Source: Anthoceros angustus (lineage: Eukaryota; Plantae; Anthocerotophyta). From it: a DNA stretch of 64,000 nucleotides. Made by a program: the position numbers and the translations under genes. The notes below the pieces were generated by a model that saw only the letters and a program-made list of their open reading frames with translations, was not told the DNA's origin and did not search any database. The stretch's first letter is position 1, and each line of letters begins with the position of its first letter. This document shows, one piece after another, positions 12,468 to 26,300 of the stretch. The stretch lies in the NCBI GenBank assembly GCA_010909165.1, contig VJWM01000126.1:124001-188000 (forward strand), in the 5' to 3' direction.

Positions 12468-14117
12468 TTAGGTCGCTTCGACTGTGTCTTGGATTTCTAA
12501 CAGCATTTGGGTTCTCAAGGGCGCAAACGAACGACGATGGATGTCACATGGACCATGTTTTCTCATTGCTGCTATGTGGGCACGGGTTCCATATCCCTTG
12601 TTCTCCTTGAACCCATACACGGGCCATTCCCTGCACATCATGACACACCTCGGGTAAGATTTCAGATGGAGCTTGTGTTGTGAGAAAGAGACAGCATGAA
12701 GATGATGGCGCGTCAGGGACTGGTGTGGTGTACTTGTCATATGCTTCCATGAGACGATCTCTGGTGACTTTGGCCAAAATGGAAGCTGCGGCTATCACAT
12801 AACTTTCTGCGTCCCCCTGTGTATGTGGAGCACCAGACGGTCACGGAATGCAGTGGGTGGGGCGGGGGGGGAGGTGGGGAAAGCGGAAAGTGCACACACA
12901 TTTCTGCTTCAGATGCTGTAAGGGAGAGACTTACTCGAACGACAGGTCGTGCTTTATCGGTGCTTAGACCATCAGGTAGTCTTGGTCCATCCACAAGCAC
13001 GTAGTCCGGTACAAGTGAACCGTTTTCACCTGAGCTCAGTTGCTCCACGCATTGAGCCATAGCTTGCATTGTTGCCTGGGGACAAGCCCAAGCGACGGAT
13101 GAGCCCAAGGACTTAGTACGAAAAGTTAGGACCTGCTCCTCATACCTGCAGGATGTTGATAGCGTCAATCGTTGCTCTGTCAACGATCTTCACCTGCCAG
13201 ACGAGGGCTTGAAATGTCAACAACATTACAAACAAGACACAGGGGCATATGGAAGCTGGTTGAACAGGTGTTGGCAACCTACAGCGTAGCTCACACCTGG
13301 GGCGGAGATGATTTCTGTGTACAACTCCTCTCTCTCCTTCTCCGTAAGCTTCTTGCTGTCGTTGATACCTGGACTTGCACACAAGCTTCTATCACCACTT
13401 CGAACAACGTGCAACTGAGCAAGACAGAAGGTTTGAAGCAGATGGGGGGGCATGAAGTGGGGTGACCAAGAGGAACAAGACCTGCCTTGAATCATGACAT
13501 GGGAAGGGATGACACATGCAGCTGCAACCACTGGTCCAGCAAGCGGGCCTCGTCCTGCCTCGTCCACTCCTGCCACATGCTTGAACCCTCGCTGCCACAA
13601 CTCAGCCTGCACCACATTGCATTCTCCAACATCAGGCACGCAGCTTCAGCCTGACATGTTCAAGGATGTCACAAGCGAAGTGTAGAAGCCTGTCATCCTA
13701 TGCAACAGAAGTTGCACCTCAAGCGATCTGCTAGGAAGAAGTTTCCCTTTCCGCACAGCCATGTCCCCGGATGCTGCCACATCCTGCTCCACTCCTTCAC
13801 TCCTCTTAGGGCTCCGTCTCTTCCTACACGAGGGTCCAGAGTGTTCAGTCTGCACTTCACCTTTCTCTTCCCGGGCTTTCCTTTCCCGAGTGCCACTAGA
13901 CAAAGCAGCTGCCGTGCTCTTAGCCTTCACGGCTGCTTCCAAATGCAGGCATTGATACAAAACAGGGTGTCAGAGCAGCAGGAACACAACCACGAAAACC
14001 GCCCAAAAATTTCACGTCGTTCACATCTGAAATTGTCTTACGCAGAACAGGCTGGAGAGTTGAGGAGGAGGCCAGCCTCGCGGACCGCCGGACCGCAACT
14101 GCTGCAGCTGCTGCCAT
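12468..14117 (-). CDS. rnhB: Bacterial-type ribonuclease HII with N-terminal extension (probably organelle-targeted); about 8 exons; start could lie further upstream
   Basis: Spliced motifs: [104 protein letters not shown]-terminus [19 protein letters not shown]. Confidence 0.92.
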
Positions 14118-14532
14118 TGAGTCAATGCTCCCCAGTGCTTCAACCCCACTCTGCAAATCCTGCTCAAAATGTTTTTCCGCATTGCCGTCCTCGCGTGCCC
14201 TACCTAGCTTCTCCCTCAATTTGAGGTTCGACCTGCATGAGTTTCAAATTTCAAACCGTAGCCGCGTAAGTAGCCATTGAAGTTCTTCTTTCTTTTTTTG
14301 TGGAAATCTTCCATCGTAGACTTCCCCGAGCACACCGCACATTAGCGGATGTGGGATGCTGAACTTGGCTTCACAGGCATTCTCTCATATGCAGATGCAA
14401 AGATGCAATCGTGCGATGCAAACGGTTTCGTTTCCTTGAATAGGAAGAGAGAAAATTTGCGGTGTTGGTGTAGCTTGTCGAGAGAGACCCTTGACGGAAA
14501 GCCCCTGGCGTCATTGCTGTTGGTAAAGCAAG

Positions 14533-15350
14533 TCAGACAATCATGTCATCTAGCTCGGCATCGACAAAGAAGTCTCCTGAAGACACCTTCATTGCCTCGT
14601 TCAGCAGCTGGTTCACATCCAAAAACTTCTCCTCGTTGGCTGAGCTCGTAGCTTCTGGGATGGTCATCACTTCTTCCACTTCATTCCTGGAATCATCCCC
14701 TGCATCTCCCCTGTGTTGTAGCCCTTTTCGAACTCAGCGATGGAGGACGCAGCCGCCATGGCTTCAAACTCCTTGCCCACTCCTGACACATGCACCTCTT
14801 TGCTGCTGCATCCACCCCCGCCTGCCTTCCCGCTGCCTCCGCAGCAGCTGCTATTTCCCGTGCCAGAACTCTGCGTGGTGCTAACAATGCTGGCAATGCC
14901 GCTACCGGGGGCATCGGCGTCCGCCTGAGCCACCACTCTGCCTCGAGGCCTGCCTTGGGTTGGGAACCAGAATTAATGAAAAAAAATTCAGAGAGGAAAA
15001 GGCGGAGGAAGAGGAGGAGGAGGAGCCGGGAGAGGAGAAAGAGAGACATCGACATGCCCTCAGTCCGGAGAGTACAGGCACTTGCGAGGCTGCTGCAGCC
15101 TGATGAGGGAACTGAGCCTGACTGGCCTGCAGCCTCATCAGCTGCACAGATGAAACAGCCGGAGCCATGGCTCGATCTTGGGTCCAACTGAGCAGCACCA
15201 GCAGGTTGGCTCTGGCTGTCTGGCACGCAGCGAGAGAGATCGAGGGCACAAGTGTATTCGGGTGCCTACAGACCATACGCATACGTGTCTCTACATACGA
15301 ATCTCAGCATCCCGCCATTTAGATTCCTTTTTCTCTTTGATGTCGGTGGT
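14533..15350 (-). pseudogene. Possible decayed AP2/ERF (DREB-like) transcription factor gene
   Basis: Motifs in order but across shifted frames: KWRDAEIR; PWL/GCFICAADEAA; SSLNF; AREIAAAAEAA; acidic end FFVDAELDDMIV*. Several frameshifts are needed, so support is weak. Confidence 0.3.
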
Positions 15351-15899
15351 TGTTGTGGGCTGAAATCATATTCATGTCTTCCCGTATGGGAGAGTACATA
15401 GTCCGACGCTGGAGAAAGGAGAAGATTGGCTGATGTGCAAACAACATCAAATATTGGAACACATACGTACCAAGCATATAGCATACCTCATATGTTTTCG
15501 TGTAACTTGCCACCAGCTACACGTTGTTAACCCCTAAACGACCATACCTATTTCCCATGAAATTCAAGCTTTGGGGTTTCTGACTTTCTGTAAACGTTGT
15601 GATCATACATTAATTTCGAGAAAATTGGGTAGTGCTAAGCTCTATGCGGGCTTTCCAACAAGCCTATGGTTGCCTTCTTCGGAGTAGAATTATAGTTCCA
15701 AGCTTGAAAGGAACCTCCCGGAGTTTTCGGTGAAGATGCCCTTCTTTGGGCTCTTTGGAAGTGTTCCAGGCACGTGCTCAAGTGCTAAACACAACTGGAG
15801 ATGCAAAAGGATCATTACTAGTCACCACAAGAAATCCAAGGAAAATTGACGGACAATTCATCTGATACACCAAGAGAAACAGCTGGGCCCTTCACGAAA

Positions 15900-16860
15900 T
15901 GGACTCGCCGTGGCAGCAAGCTTCTATCTACACTTTCCAAAGCGGGTTCATAAAACTGGGCCCATGTGCAAAGTGGCGGTCACGCAGTCCGTTCCGTGCA
16001 TACGAAGCTCCTCCTTGAGTGGTTGCCACCAGTGGACGCGTGGCGGGAAAACCCTCCATCCTGCAAGGTACCGGGAGGACACCCATCCCTACACACACTG
16101 ACCACCAGCCACCGGCCACATCCCGCATCTCGATCTTGCCATGGCCGGATTCTCTCTCCTGCCACTCACTATGGATCTCTCAAGTAGTAAAGACGCAGAT
16201 TTGGCAGGCAATATATCCACTCACCAAGATGAGAATGTTATCCAGGACATGCTCCTCGCCGAGGTGGATTTGTAACTACAAGACAAGTGGTAGTCTCCCA
16301 TTTGATCTTACATTTCATGGAAATGTGTGCAAGCAACGATGAGATCAATAATCATGGGCAATAGACAGTTTCAGTGGTAATGCAATTCTAAAACCGGAAC
16401 GGCCAATCAAGGCCAGTGAAGAGAGCGAGTAGTGCACTTGCAGGTCCATGGCACCGGCTAGGTGGCGGGACCACGCCCAGACCATGCCACTCACGCGCTT
16501 ATCTCCTTGGCAAGAAACCAACATCGGCTATTTTGTAGCAAATCTCTTGGGTCGGTCCTTGGGCGCTCTTCGTCGCCTCTGCCATGCTCTGGCTACCACA
16601 GCCTTCTTCGATACACCAACCCTATCTCCAAGCAACACAATGGATTGTTGACGTGAAAAACGTGCTTGAAGTCTGAGTCTCCTGCACCAGAATGAGATCC
16701 CCAGACGTTGCAAATGAGAGAAAGACTCAGTGTAGGGACAAAGTATGACTGCCTCTTTACTAGACAAACATCAACAATCCACTTAGCTTGGAGTATTGAG
16801 CTCCTGCCATCTCCTGCTACTGCGTGCACCTTCTTCCCAGTGAATAATAGAAGAAAAGGT
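15900..16860 (-). mobile_element. Possible degenerate LINE (L1-like) ORF2 C-terminal fragment
   Basis: Short motif SILQAKWIV and Trp-rich broken frames typical of the post-RT region; many stops. Confidence 0.25.
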
Positions 16861-18399
16861 GTGCGCCTCGGTAATATAGCTATTTAATCCTTGGCCTTCG
16901 GCAATAATGCCTATTGAAGGTAACTAATTATGTCCTTGGTCTTTGGTCCCGATTTATATTCTCTATTGTTTATGGCTTTATAAATAACCAGTTCGCATCC
17001 TCATGCACCATTCCATCATTCCTCACATGTGTCATAGAGACATATATGGCTCATGCATGTCATAGCACATTCTCTCTCTACAGACCATTTCACATGTTAT
17101 CCATCCACATGCATGCACAGATATGCATACCTTTCATGCCCGCGTGGGCTCATTCACCACTTCATGACACATGGCTTATGCCATGTGTCAGCGTTGTCTC
17201 TTGCTATCATTTTACTTCCCATGTGTCCGGTCAGTGTGTGTACAGTTCATGGCATGATACCTTTCTCGGTGGACCAAAACGAGTGATCAATAGTAAAATT
17301 CTCAATTTCTATGAATTAAACTATAGTAGAAAAAGTAGGTCCAAACTCTTGATCCAAGACCCTTGGACGTTTAGGGGTTAATGCATCATCTTGAGACTTG
17401 TGTCCATCCAAAATATCTCAGCCGTCCAATTCTTGAGTAATTGGTGGATTTCGCCCATTGTGGAAGCAAACAAGGTATTATCCTTGCAAAGTTGATGGAC
17501 TGCATATCATGAAAATGTACATGGTGGTCATGTCCATCTCGAAATCACTCTCAAGGGTGTAAGCATGGTTAGGTGCTCACTTTAGTTAGAAACGGTTGAA
17601 ACGCTCTTATTTTGTCCTCATGCAATGTCTACAATTATGAAAAATTCATTTCTTTTCCAACTTGTCTGATTTTTTTACATGTTATAGTAATGTCTATTTT
17701 TATCTAGGATTAAAATTTAATAAAGAATGGTATATTAAAATATGCTTAAAAAATTCAACTTGTTTAAGGACAATGTCCCCACATAGTCGGCCTTTTGCCG
17801 CTTCATTTCACGAACCGTGGCTCAGAACGCCCCATCGCCTTCCAAAATGTCGGAGTTTAAAAATCCTGGTCGGATTTATGGTCAACATAGCATATCATTT
17901 ATGGTGCAAAGTGGATCGAGTACGTGCATACCGCTTTAGCCGGCAAATGACCTAGGTATCAGAGAACTCAACTTGAACTCTGTAGGCTAGGCTTAATCGT
18001 GACAAGCTCCAGGCTACATGCGTGACGTGGTGGAAGGAGCGGATCAGTTCGGACGGCGCTACAAGTTGCAAGTAGGTCCGCGGCGCTGGGTTGGTGGATA
18101 GTGCGGGGGCGGTGTGCTGCAGGTTAGAACCTGCTTGTGTTTCCCTTCCTCATACAACCGTAGGGTGACTTCCTGTGGGGCAACTAAGTGGTGACCTTGC
18201 TATGCTGCCAAACATAGACAGCTGGAACTGAGTGTGTTACATGTTTGTGCTATTGTTGTGCTTCGTGGTTAGGTCAGCTGGGACCCAAGCTTGCATGTTT
18301 GACCCCAATGTCCTCTGCACACATATGATCTCGCGACTCCATGTGGCCTCCATTGTGGGTTTGGTGTTGCTTTTACCAGCAGGGTTTCTTAGGCTAATT

Positions 18400-21300
18400 A
18401 GTGTGTTCTTCTGTGACATGTGCAGACGGAGTTCTACCTTCGCTTCTGTCAAGAACACCCGGAAATACAAGTTGGGCAACGGTCATTCGAGAAGTTGAAG
18501 CCGTTCTTTGTTAAGAGCTTGCAAGCGCAATCTCCGGCTGCTACCATGTGGAAATGGCGTTCTTAAAGATGCCTTCAATAACCTCAAACAGTCCAGTGGT
18601 TCACCCGTGGCTGTCATTGTTCCTGTCTGGTGTGTGCTCATCCTTTTGGCTCAGAAGAGCTTCATTGTAACGCTGCCTCCACTTGTTTGGCTTTAGTCAG
18701 GACACTATGTGAGCGCGTTCTTTGTGCAAAGGGTGAGGATGTTGCCTGGCATTCCCTGGCATGCTTGCTAGGAACATATGACACGTGTGGTGTCAACACA
18801 CTTCCCTTCTGCCCTTTAGAGACATGTTTGGATATTGATCTTGCTCTTAAGTGGCTTTTTTCAATATCGGTGGTCGGAAAGGATCTTGTCATGACAAGAA
18901 AAGGATCAAACTAGTGTTTTGAAACACATCCTTCCGTGTTTGTGGAGTATCTAAAGGTAAAAGCTGAAGGAGTTTACATTTCCTTGATTACATCCAGTGG
19001 CGAGGATAGAGTTCGGACATTGTCTCGAATGGTTCCCACAGGATGTTGTGGTTTCGTTGATCGATTTTGCTCGAACTACGCATTTGGGGTCCAAAATGAG
19101 ATTCAATCCATGCGGCGAGCGACCGTTACTATTTTGGTGTTGGTTTTCTGGTATTGATGGACAGTCACGGACCTCGTGAAAGTACTATCACTTTTATATT
19201 AGCGATGACATGGTCCATGACACTCTTTGTGCAACACTATTTGCTAAAGCAGTGGCGATGGATCACGATGCGGATTCCCTCAACCTCGAGAACAAGTGCA
19301 GGTGGATGGATAGCCAATTCAAAGCGCTAGCTGCCTACTATTCAGTATCCTAGCATCACGGTGGGTGTAACATGCTTTGGTCTTATTTTGGAAGTGGGCG
19401 GGAAGGAGCACGATGGTGCAGTGCCATCTTGAGCGTGCTCTGCGGCTGAGTCTCCCCGCTTGCGGGAATGGAAATGCTGCGGATGTGGTGGAGTACCTCG
19501 GCCAAAACATCTATCTTGGTGGCCGAGGTCTTATGCAAGTGCTGATCATGCGAGTTCACGAAGTTTTGGCTCATTGGAAAAGCAGTGGTAAACCCGAAAC
19601 AAATTTGGTTGTGACCCCATACTGGATCAAGCAATGCACACATATGGTTGTGACATGCATGACGCAGTGCGAATGCGGAAGCCTTGCATGTTTACTGCGG
19701 TGTATGGAGAGCAACCATTCGGTAGTGTGAAATGGTGCCTCATGTTGGCTTTTGGAGGTTAGTCGAATCACACCTCATGGGCGTCTTGGCCCCGGAACAA
19801 ACATGACAAGCTTAACCACTCGGCGATGATTGCGATCATGCACTTCCAACAATTAAAGCGGTGAGGATGATGATGTTGTTGATGTCTCGAGATGGCGGAT
19901 ATCTTGGAAGTTGGAGATAACTTCCTTGTCTTGGCGACCTGAAGATGAAGTGGATTTTACCTGACTTGCACTAAGGCCAAGCACACAGTCTCGTTGCCTT
20001 GGAGTAAAAGAGAATTCCAGTGGGAGGAGGTGGTTGTCGGACAATACTATATGTTGGAAAAGCATTTTGCCCGAGTCAGTATAGCTTGCCTTGGGATCCG
20101 GAGGAATGCATTTTGCCTCAAATTGTTCGGACATGCAAGTTCACAATGGCACCACATGGGCACGATGGAGAAGTCCAGCTATATGCTAACCACGAGCCGG
20201 GGAACAAGTGCCTATGTCTATGAAAGCAGAGGAAGGTGAGTACTCTTACCGGAAGCAGTTACTGGTTCATGATCAATCATGGTCTTGAGATGAGCACAAC
20301 CCGATTCGATCAACACGCTGTCGCGTGCGGAGGCAATTAATGCAAGCAGCGATGTTGCTATTTTCACATTGTTTGCTGCGTTTATCGATCTGCTATGTTG
20401 TCACCTTACGGGTGCCGAGTTTACTAGAATGTTGTCACACTATAGGCTTTGCAATTTGTCGGCGTTCCAACATGTTTTGGCTCAAGACTTGTGACCCAAA
20501 TTACGTGCTATAACGCTGCATCTTTTCGATATATGTTTCGTTGCCACAGATCATGTTCATTCGGTCTTGAGATGAGCACCGATTGGATGAACACTCATCT
20601 CGAGGAGGACAACGAATTAATGCAATATCGTGCCCCAGGTTTCTATTTTCACATTGCTCGGGGCCGTTTTCGGGCTATGTTGTCACCCTGCTTCGGTCTG
20701 AGTTTACTAGACTATGTTGTCATGTAGGTGCATGTGGTAGTTTCACAAAATGTTTTTGGCTCAAGACTTGTGACCCAAATGTCGTTTCTTGATATCTGTT
20801 GTGCCCTAATAGATGTGTGGGGTGGGAGCTCAAGTTTGATAAAACTCGGTGGGTATGTGGTATGTGGGTATGTGGGTATGTGGGTATGTGGGTATGTGGA
20901 TGTGGATGTGGATGTGGATGTGGATGTGGATGTGGGGATGGGGATGTGGGGATGTGGATGTGGGGATGTGGGGATGTGGGGATGTGGGGATGTGGATGTG
21001 GGTATGTGGGTATGTGGGTATGTGGATGTGGATGTGGATGTGGGGATGGGATGGGATGTGTGTATGGATGTGGATGTGGGATGGGATGTATGTATGTGGG
21101 TATGTGGGTATGTGGGTATGTGGATGTGGATGTGGATGTGGATGTGGATGTGGATGTGGATGTGGATGTGGGGATGTGGATGTGGATGTGGATGTCACGC
21201 AATTGCGAATGCGGAGCCTTGCATGTTTCGCAGAGTGTATGGAGAGCAACCATTCCAGGTGAAATGGTGCCTCATGCTGGCTTTTGAGGTTAGTAATCAC

Positions 21301-21790
21301 ACCTCACAGTCACCGGGCCCCGCATAAACACGACAAGCGCTTGACCGCAAGTCCTCGACCGATGATTGCCGATCATGCACTTCCAACAATTGAAGTGAGG
21401 ATGATGATGTTGTTGATGTCTCGTAGATGGCGTATATCTTGGAAGTTGGAGATAACTTCCTTGTCTCGCACTCGCAGATGAAGGGCTGGATTTTTACCGT
21501 TGACTTGCACTAAGGCCAAGCACACGTTATTGGAGTCTCAGATTGCCTTGGAGTAAAAGAGAATTCCAGTGGGAGGAGGTGGTTGTTGGACAATACTATA
21601 TGTTGGAAAAGCATTTGCCCGAGTCTGTGTATAGCTTGCCTTGGGATCTGGAGGAATGCATTTTGCCAACTCAAATTGTTCAGACATGCAAGTTCACAAT
21701 GGTACCACATGGGCACGATGGAGAAGTCCAGCTATATAGGCTAACCACCGAAGCCCAGGAACAAGTCACTGCCTATGTCTATCCAGAGTG
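18400..21790 (+). mobile_element. Frameshifted DDD/E transposase of a Sola2-like DNA transposon; C-terminal part present twice
   Basis: Recoverable motifs: DVVVSLIDFA.NYAF.VQNEIQSM (~19040-19110), YHFYISDDMVHDT (~19185-19225), MLWSYFGSG.GK.EHDGA.AIL.RALR..NAADVVEYL (~19370-19500), and C-terminal GDNFLV..EVVVGQYY..KFTM. Termini/TIRs not identified. Confidence 0.65.
20850..21195. repeat. Compound microsatellite (TGTGGA)n/(TGTGGGTA)n/(TGTGGGGA)n
   Basis: Directly visible; produces the spurious MWMW/HPHP ORFs. Confidence 0.95.
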
Positions 21791-23399
21791 TGCTCGAGGC
21801 TGTGAGTGGGTGTCAGGATAAGTCACCAAGCCTATGTGCAAATTCAAGTTTGGAGCATGACATTCGAAGGTTACTAGCTTCGAGCGCTCAAGGTGCAAAA
21901 GGAGTTCCTGGACAAAATTCAAACATTGGTGCACAGATTCCGCTTAAACTGGAGACAATGCTGTCTATGACTCGGGAGGCCTGGGTGACCTAGGCTGCAA
22001 CCCTGACCAGCAAGAGGTTGGTTGTCCACATGCTGAAGGTTCGAACGGCAATAACAACTAGGTTTGAAAACCTGAAAGAGGATGCCCAGGCGGGTGGTAA
22101 GCAGTACCACCCCCAGTGGTTTCAAGTTCATGTGTTGTCCTTGAAGACAGCCGCAACACTACTTCGAGAAGTTGTAGTGGGCTATAGCAAGCATGAAGCG
22201 TTAAGAACTTTGTGGATGTGTTTTACATTGCTTCCTCGCATGCTCACCGGCTTGACTGCTAGAAATTCTTTATCTCCGGGTAAATGGCCCTAGTTTTTCC
22301 ATTTTCAATCATTGCAAACAAAGCAGACTCCATGCACTCTTTGTCATGTCGGACTCTTGGTCACGTTGGCCTCAAATCTTGCTGGTCCCCATGCCGGGTT
22401 CGACAAGCTGTTGAAAGGATCGAGGTCGAATTTTCAAAATCTATCGCCAGTGATTGGCCATCTAGGCCTTGCTTTCCTTATACCTGGGCATGTTTCAGCG
22501 AAAGTAATCATGTCACCCACCCTTTAGTGGCCTTATGCACACGAGTGGCCTCCTGCATTGGCAATTTAAAGCCGGCAAGCACTTCGTAGACCACGCAAGC
22601 TAGCCCGCCTTTGTCCTTTGTGGAGATTAGATTTGCGGACTTCGCTCAGTATGCAATGGAAGCGCACTTGGGAGGAGTGGTTGGTGTGGGGAGGGACATG
22701 GAATCTTCAAGCCGGATTAGGCAAGCTGGCCTGTGGCACCCTCTTCGCCGGAGGTGAGTATCACCATTTGTCAATGACAAAAGTCACTAGTCACCTTGGC
22801 GCACACTACTTGCATCGAATGGAACGGGCCAAGGCACGCAAGCGCCATCGGAAGAAGGTCCGAGATCGCAGTGTGGCCCCATATGCCAAGCCTTCCACCG
22901 CCGTGCACGCCGCACATCATGGAGGTGGTCGGTTGCCAAGGCACCGATCCGCAGCTTCCGGGGACTCAAGCGAGGAGGACACTGGCGATGTGATAGATTG
23001 AGGGCGCCACCCGAGGTCGGGCAACAAGTTCCTTCCGTCTGGCTGGCTCGCACATCCACGACACTAGATAGGTTGTGTGACAATGGGTGGATGGAGCGAT
23101 CCCTTGATGCTTGTTTTGTGGCATTGTACATTACATCGCCTTTGGGCCACGAGGGTGGCAGTGTGAAATCTGTGGTGTGGCATATTTTGGATCTTTGGTT
23201 TCATGTTAAAGCTGGTTCTGCAGTAGCACAGTCTTTGTTGTGTGTTCTGTCCCACAAAATGTCTACATGGCCGTGTGTCATTAAACTAATCTGGTGTCAT
23301 TGGAATTGTATATGTGTCCGTGCCACGAGCATTGAACTGTGGATCAGACTCTGAGGCATTGTTTTTGTAGACCATCCGAGGCCCTCCTTTCTCGCGCAA

Positions 23400-26300
23400 G
23401 TGTGTGGCTGGGTTTGCTCGTACATTGAGCAATTACAACCGAGTAGCTTCCTCCCAACGTTGCTATGAACTACAAATGGAGAATTGCTTCACAGACCCAC
23501 AAAAACCAGTGCATTCTCCCACAAGTAACATGATTGTCAAAAGTGCAAGGATTCACATCTATGCCAATTATGGATGCTTGCACATTAATCGCCCATCCAC
23601 AAGATCCTACACATGTCTACAAGCCTTGACAAAAAGTGACCACTGTGGACTAAGAACAAAGCAAGCCCATGTATATTTTGCAGGACCCTCCCTTTACGCT
23701 ATGTCGCCACAACTTGATCCAACCATGTTCTATATCCAGCAGAGAAAGAAAGGCGAGTGTTCTTGTTCTTCTCATTGGCCCCGAATAGCTACCATTGGAA
23801 ACTTTGTGGTCGTGATGCCTCAAGCATTATTGGGTCACCACGTGGCCTCGAATCCGAGTCGGTAGGCACTTTTGTCAGTAGGCACCGGCTCATAGTAGTA
23901 ACCTTTCACAACTTTTTCACCTGCTGCAAAAATCTCACCACCCCACGCTGGATCTTCAGTTTGCACAGCTAATGTGACCATGGGCTCTGTGCAACGCAAT
24001 ACATACCACATAACTTTCTCTTTATTACCAGGCCTCGAACGCACCATGAAGTTATCTCGTGCACACAGGGACGCTGCACCAAATTCCAAATTTGCCGGTT
24101 GTTCCACCATGGCACTTTGTGAAGCTTTCTTGGGACGCCCTGGTCTCCCGGACTTGGAGGCACCCTTCCATTTCAAAGTTCCTGGAGTCTGCTCCGGCTT
24201 GCCTTTTCTACGCAAAGGCTGACGTCGTCCACCAGATAACTCCACCACTTCAGGTACAGCCGATGCTTCGGGAAGTGGCGATTTCTCCGCATCCTTATGA
24301 ATGACAATAGCCACTTCATGGTGGCGACACATAGTGGCCGCTTCACCAGAGAATCGGCCATTGGAACACCAAAGACAAGTGGCCACATCCATACCCGCAA
24401 AGCCACCGCCATAGTGGTCACGTCCTCCCCATCCTTGCTGGGCACCTCCACCTCATCTTCCGCCTGCATCCGTGGTCACTTCCACGACGGCACAAGTTCT
24501 AAAGGTGTGTCGCGCAAGCCGTGTGTCATTAAACTAACTGTGTCATTGAATTGTATATGTGTCCGCGCACGAGCATTGAACTGGATCGACTCGAGGCATT
24601 GTTTTTAGACCATCCGAGGCCCTCTTTCTCGCGCAAGTGTGGGTTTGCTCGTACATTGAGCAATTACAACCGGTAGCTTCCTCCCAACGCTAAGAACTAC
24701 AAACGGAGAATTGCTTCACAGACCCACAAAAACCAGTGCATTCTCCCACAAGTAACATGATTGTCAAAAGTGCAAGGATTCACATCTATGCCAATTATGG
24801 ATGCTTGCACATTACACTGGCCCATCCACAAAGATCCTACACATGTCTACAAGCCTTGACAAAAAGTGACCACTGTGGACTAAGAACAAAGCAAGCCCAT
24901 GTATATTTTGCAGCAGGACCCTCCCTTTACGCTATGTCGCCACAACTTGATCCAACCATGTTCTATATCCAGCAGAGAGCCAAGAAGTCTGGAGTGTTCT
25001 TGTTCTTCTCATTGGCCCCGGAATAGCTACCATTGGAAACTTTGTGGTCGTGATGCCTCAAGCATTATTGGGTCACCACGTGGCCTCGAATCCGAGTCGG
25101 TAGGCACTTTTGTCGAGGGCACCGCTCATAGTAGTAACCTTTCACAACCTTTTCACCGCCGCAAAATCTCACCACCCCACTGGATCTTCGCTTGCTAATG
25201 TGACCATGGGCTCAGGCAACGCAATACATACCACATAACTTTCTCTTTATTACCAGGCCTCGAACGCACCATGAAGTTATCTCGTGCACACAGGGACGCT
25301 GCACCAAATTCCAAACCTGCCGGTTGTTCCACCATGGCACTTTGTGAAGCTTTCTTGGGACGCCTGGTCTCCGGACTTGGAGGCACCCTTCCGCTTTCAA
25401 AGTTCCCGAGTCTGCTCCTTGCCTTTTCTACGCAAAGATCGACCGTCCCACCGATACCTCCACCACTTCACCGATGCGAAGTGGCGATTTCTCCGCATCC
25501 TTATGAATGACAATAGCCACTTCATCTGGCTCGACACATAGTGGCCGCTTCACCAGAGAATCGGCCATTGAACACCAAAGACAAGTGGCCACATCCATAC
25601 CACCGCAAAGCCACGCCATAATGGTCACGTCCTCCCCATCCTTCGGGCACCTCCACCTCATCTTCTAGCCTGATCCGTGGTCACTTCCACGACGGCACAA
25701 GTTCTGAGTTGCGTGTTCGTCTGCACAAGCCGCGGTGTCATTCTTGACAGCCAGAGTTTCATCATCATGCACAAGGTGGGTGTCCCCCTGCACGACCTGA
25801 GTCTTGGTGAGAAAACCTGGGTATCCTCCTGCACTGCCTCGGTATCCTCTTCCATTGCCTGGGTATCCTCTTCCACTGCCGCATTGCGATCTTCAACACA
25901 CTGAGTTGTAGGCTGGCCTTGTTGGAGCTGATCGGCCACACATGGGTGCCCACCTTGTGGCACACCACCAATCTGACCCATGTCAGTGAGTGGAACTGAA
26001 AAACTGGGGCCAGCAAACAAAGAAGTCACCACGTGAGAGGCATCTGCATCAACCAAAGGAGCCAACCCCAAACATGACATCGCTGGATCGCCACATGAGT
26101 GGGCCAAATACACACCGCACTGTAGTACGTGCCTCACCAGACTCAATCCACAGGTTTGAGACACAGGGACCACCAGATCCGCGATTCCATGACATAGTTG
26201 TGCATTGGCCAACAGGCGAATCGGGCTGCTTTGGGATAGGTGGCCGCCCACGTGGTGGTGTGATCAACGCCTCAAGACCGCCAAGCGAGGACAGGGGCAG

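Noticed and set aside
20720-21327. His/Pro- or Met/Trp-repeat ORFs, and a possible telomere-like tract
   Set aside because: Translations of a TGTGGA-type microsatellite; it is not the plant TTTAGGG repeat.
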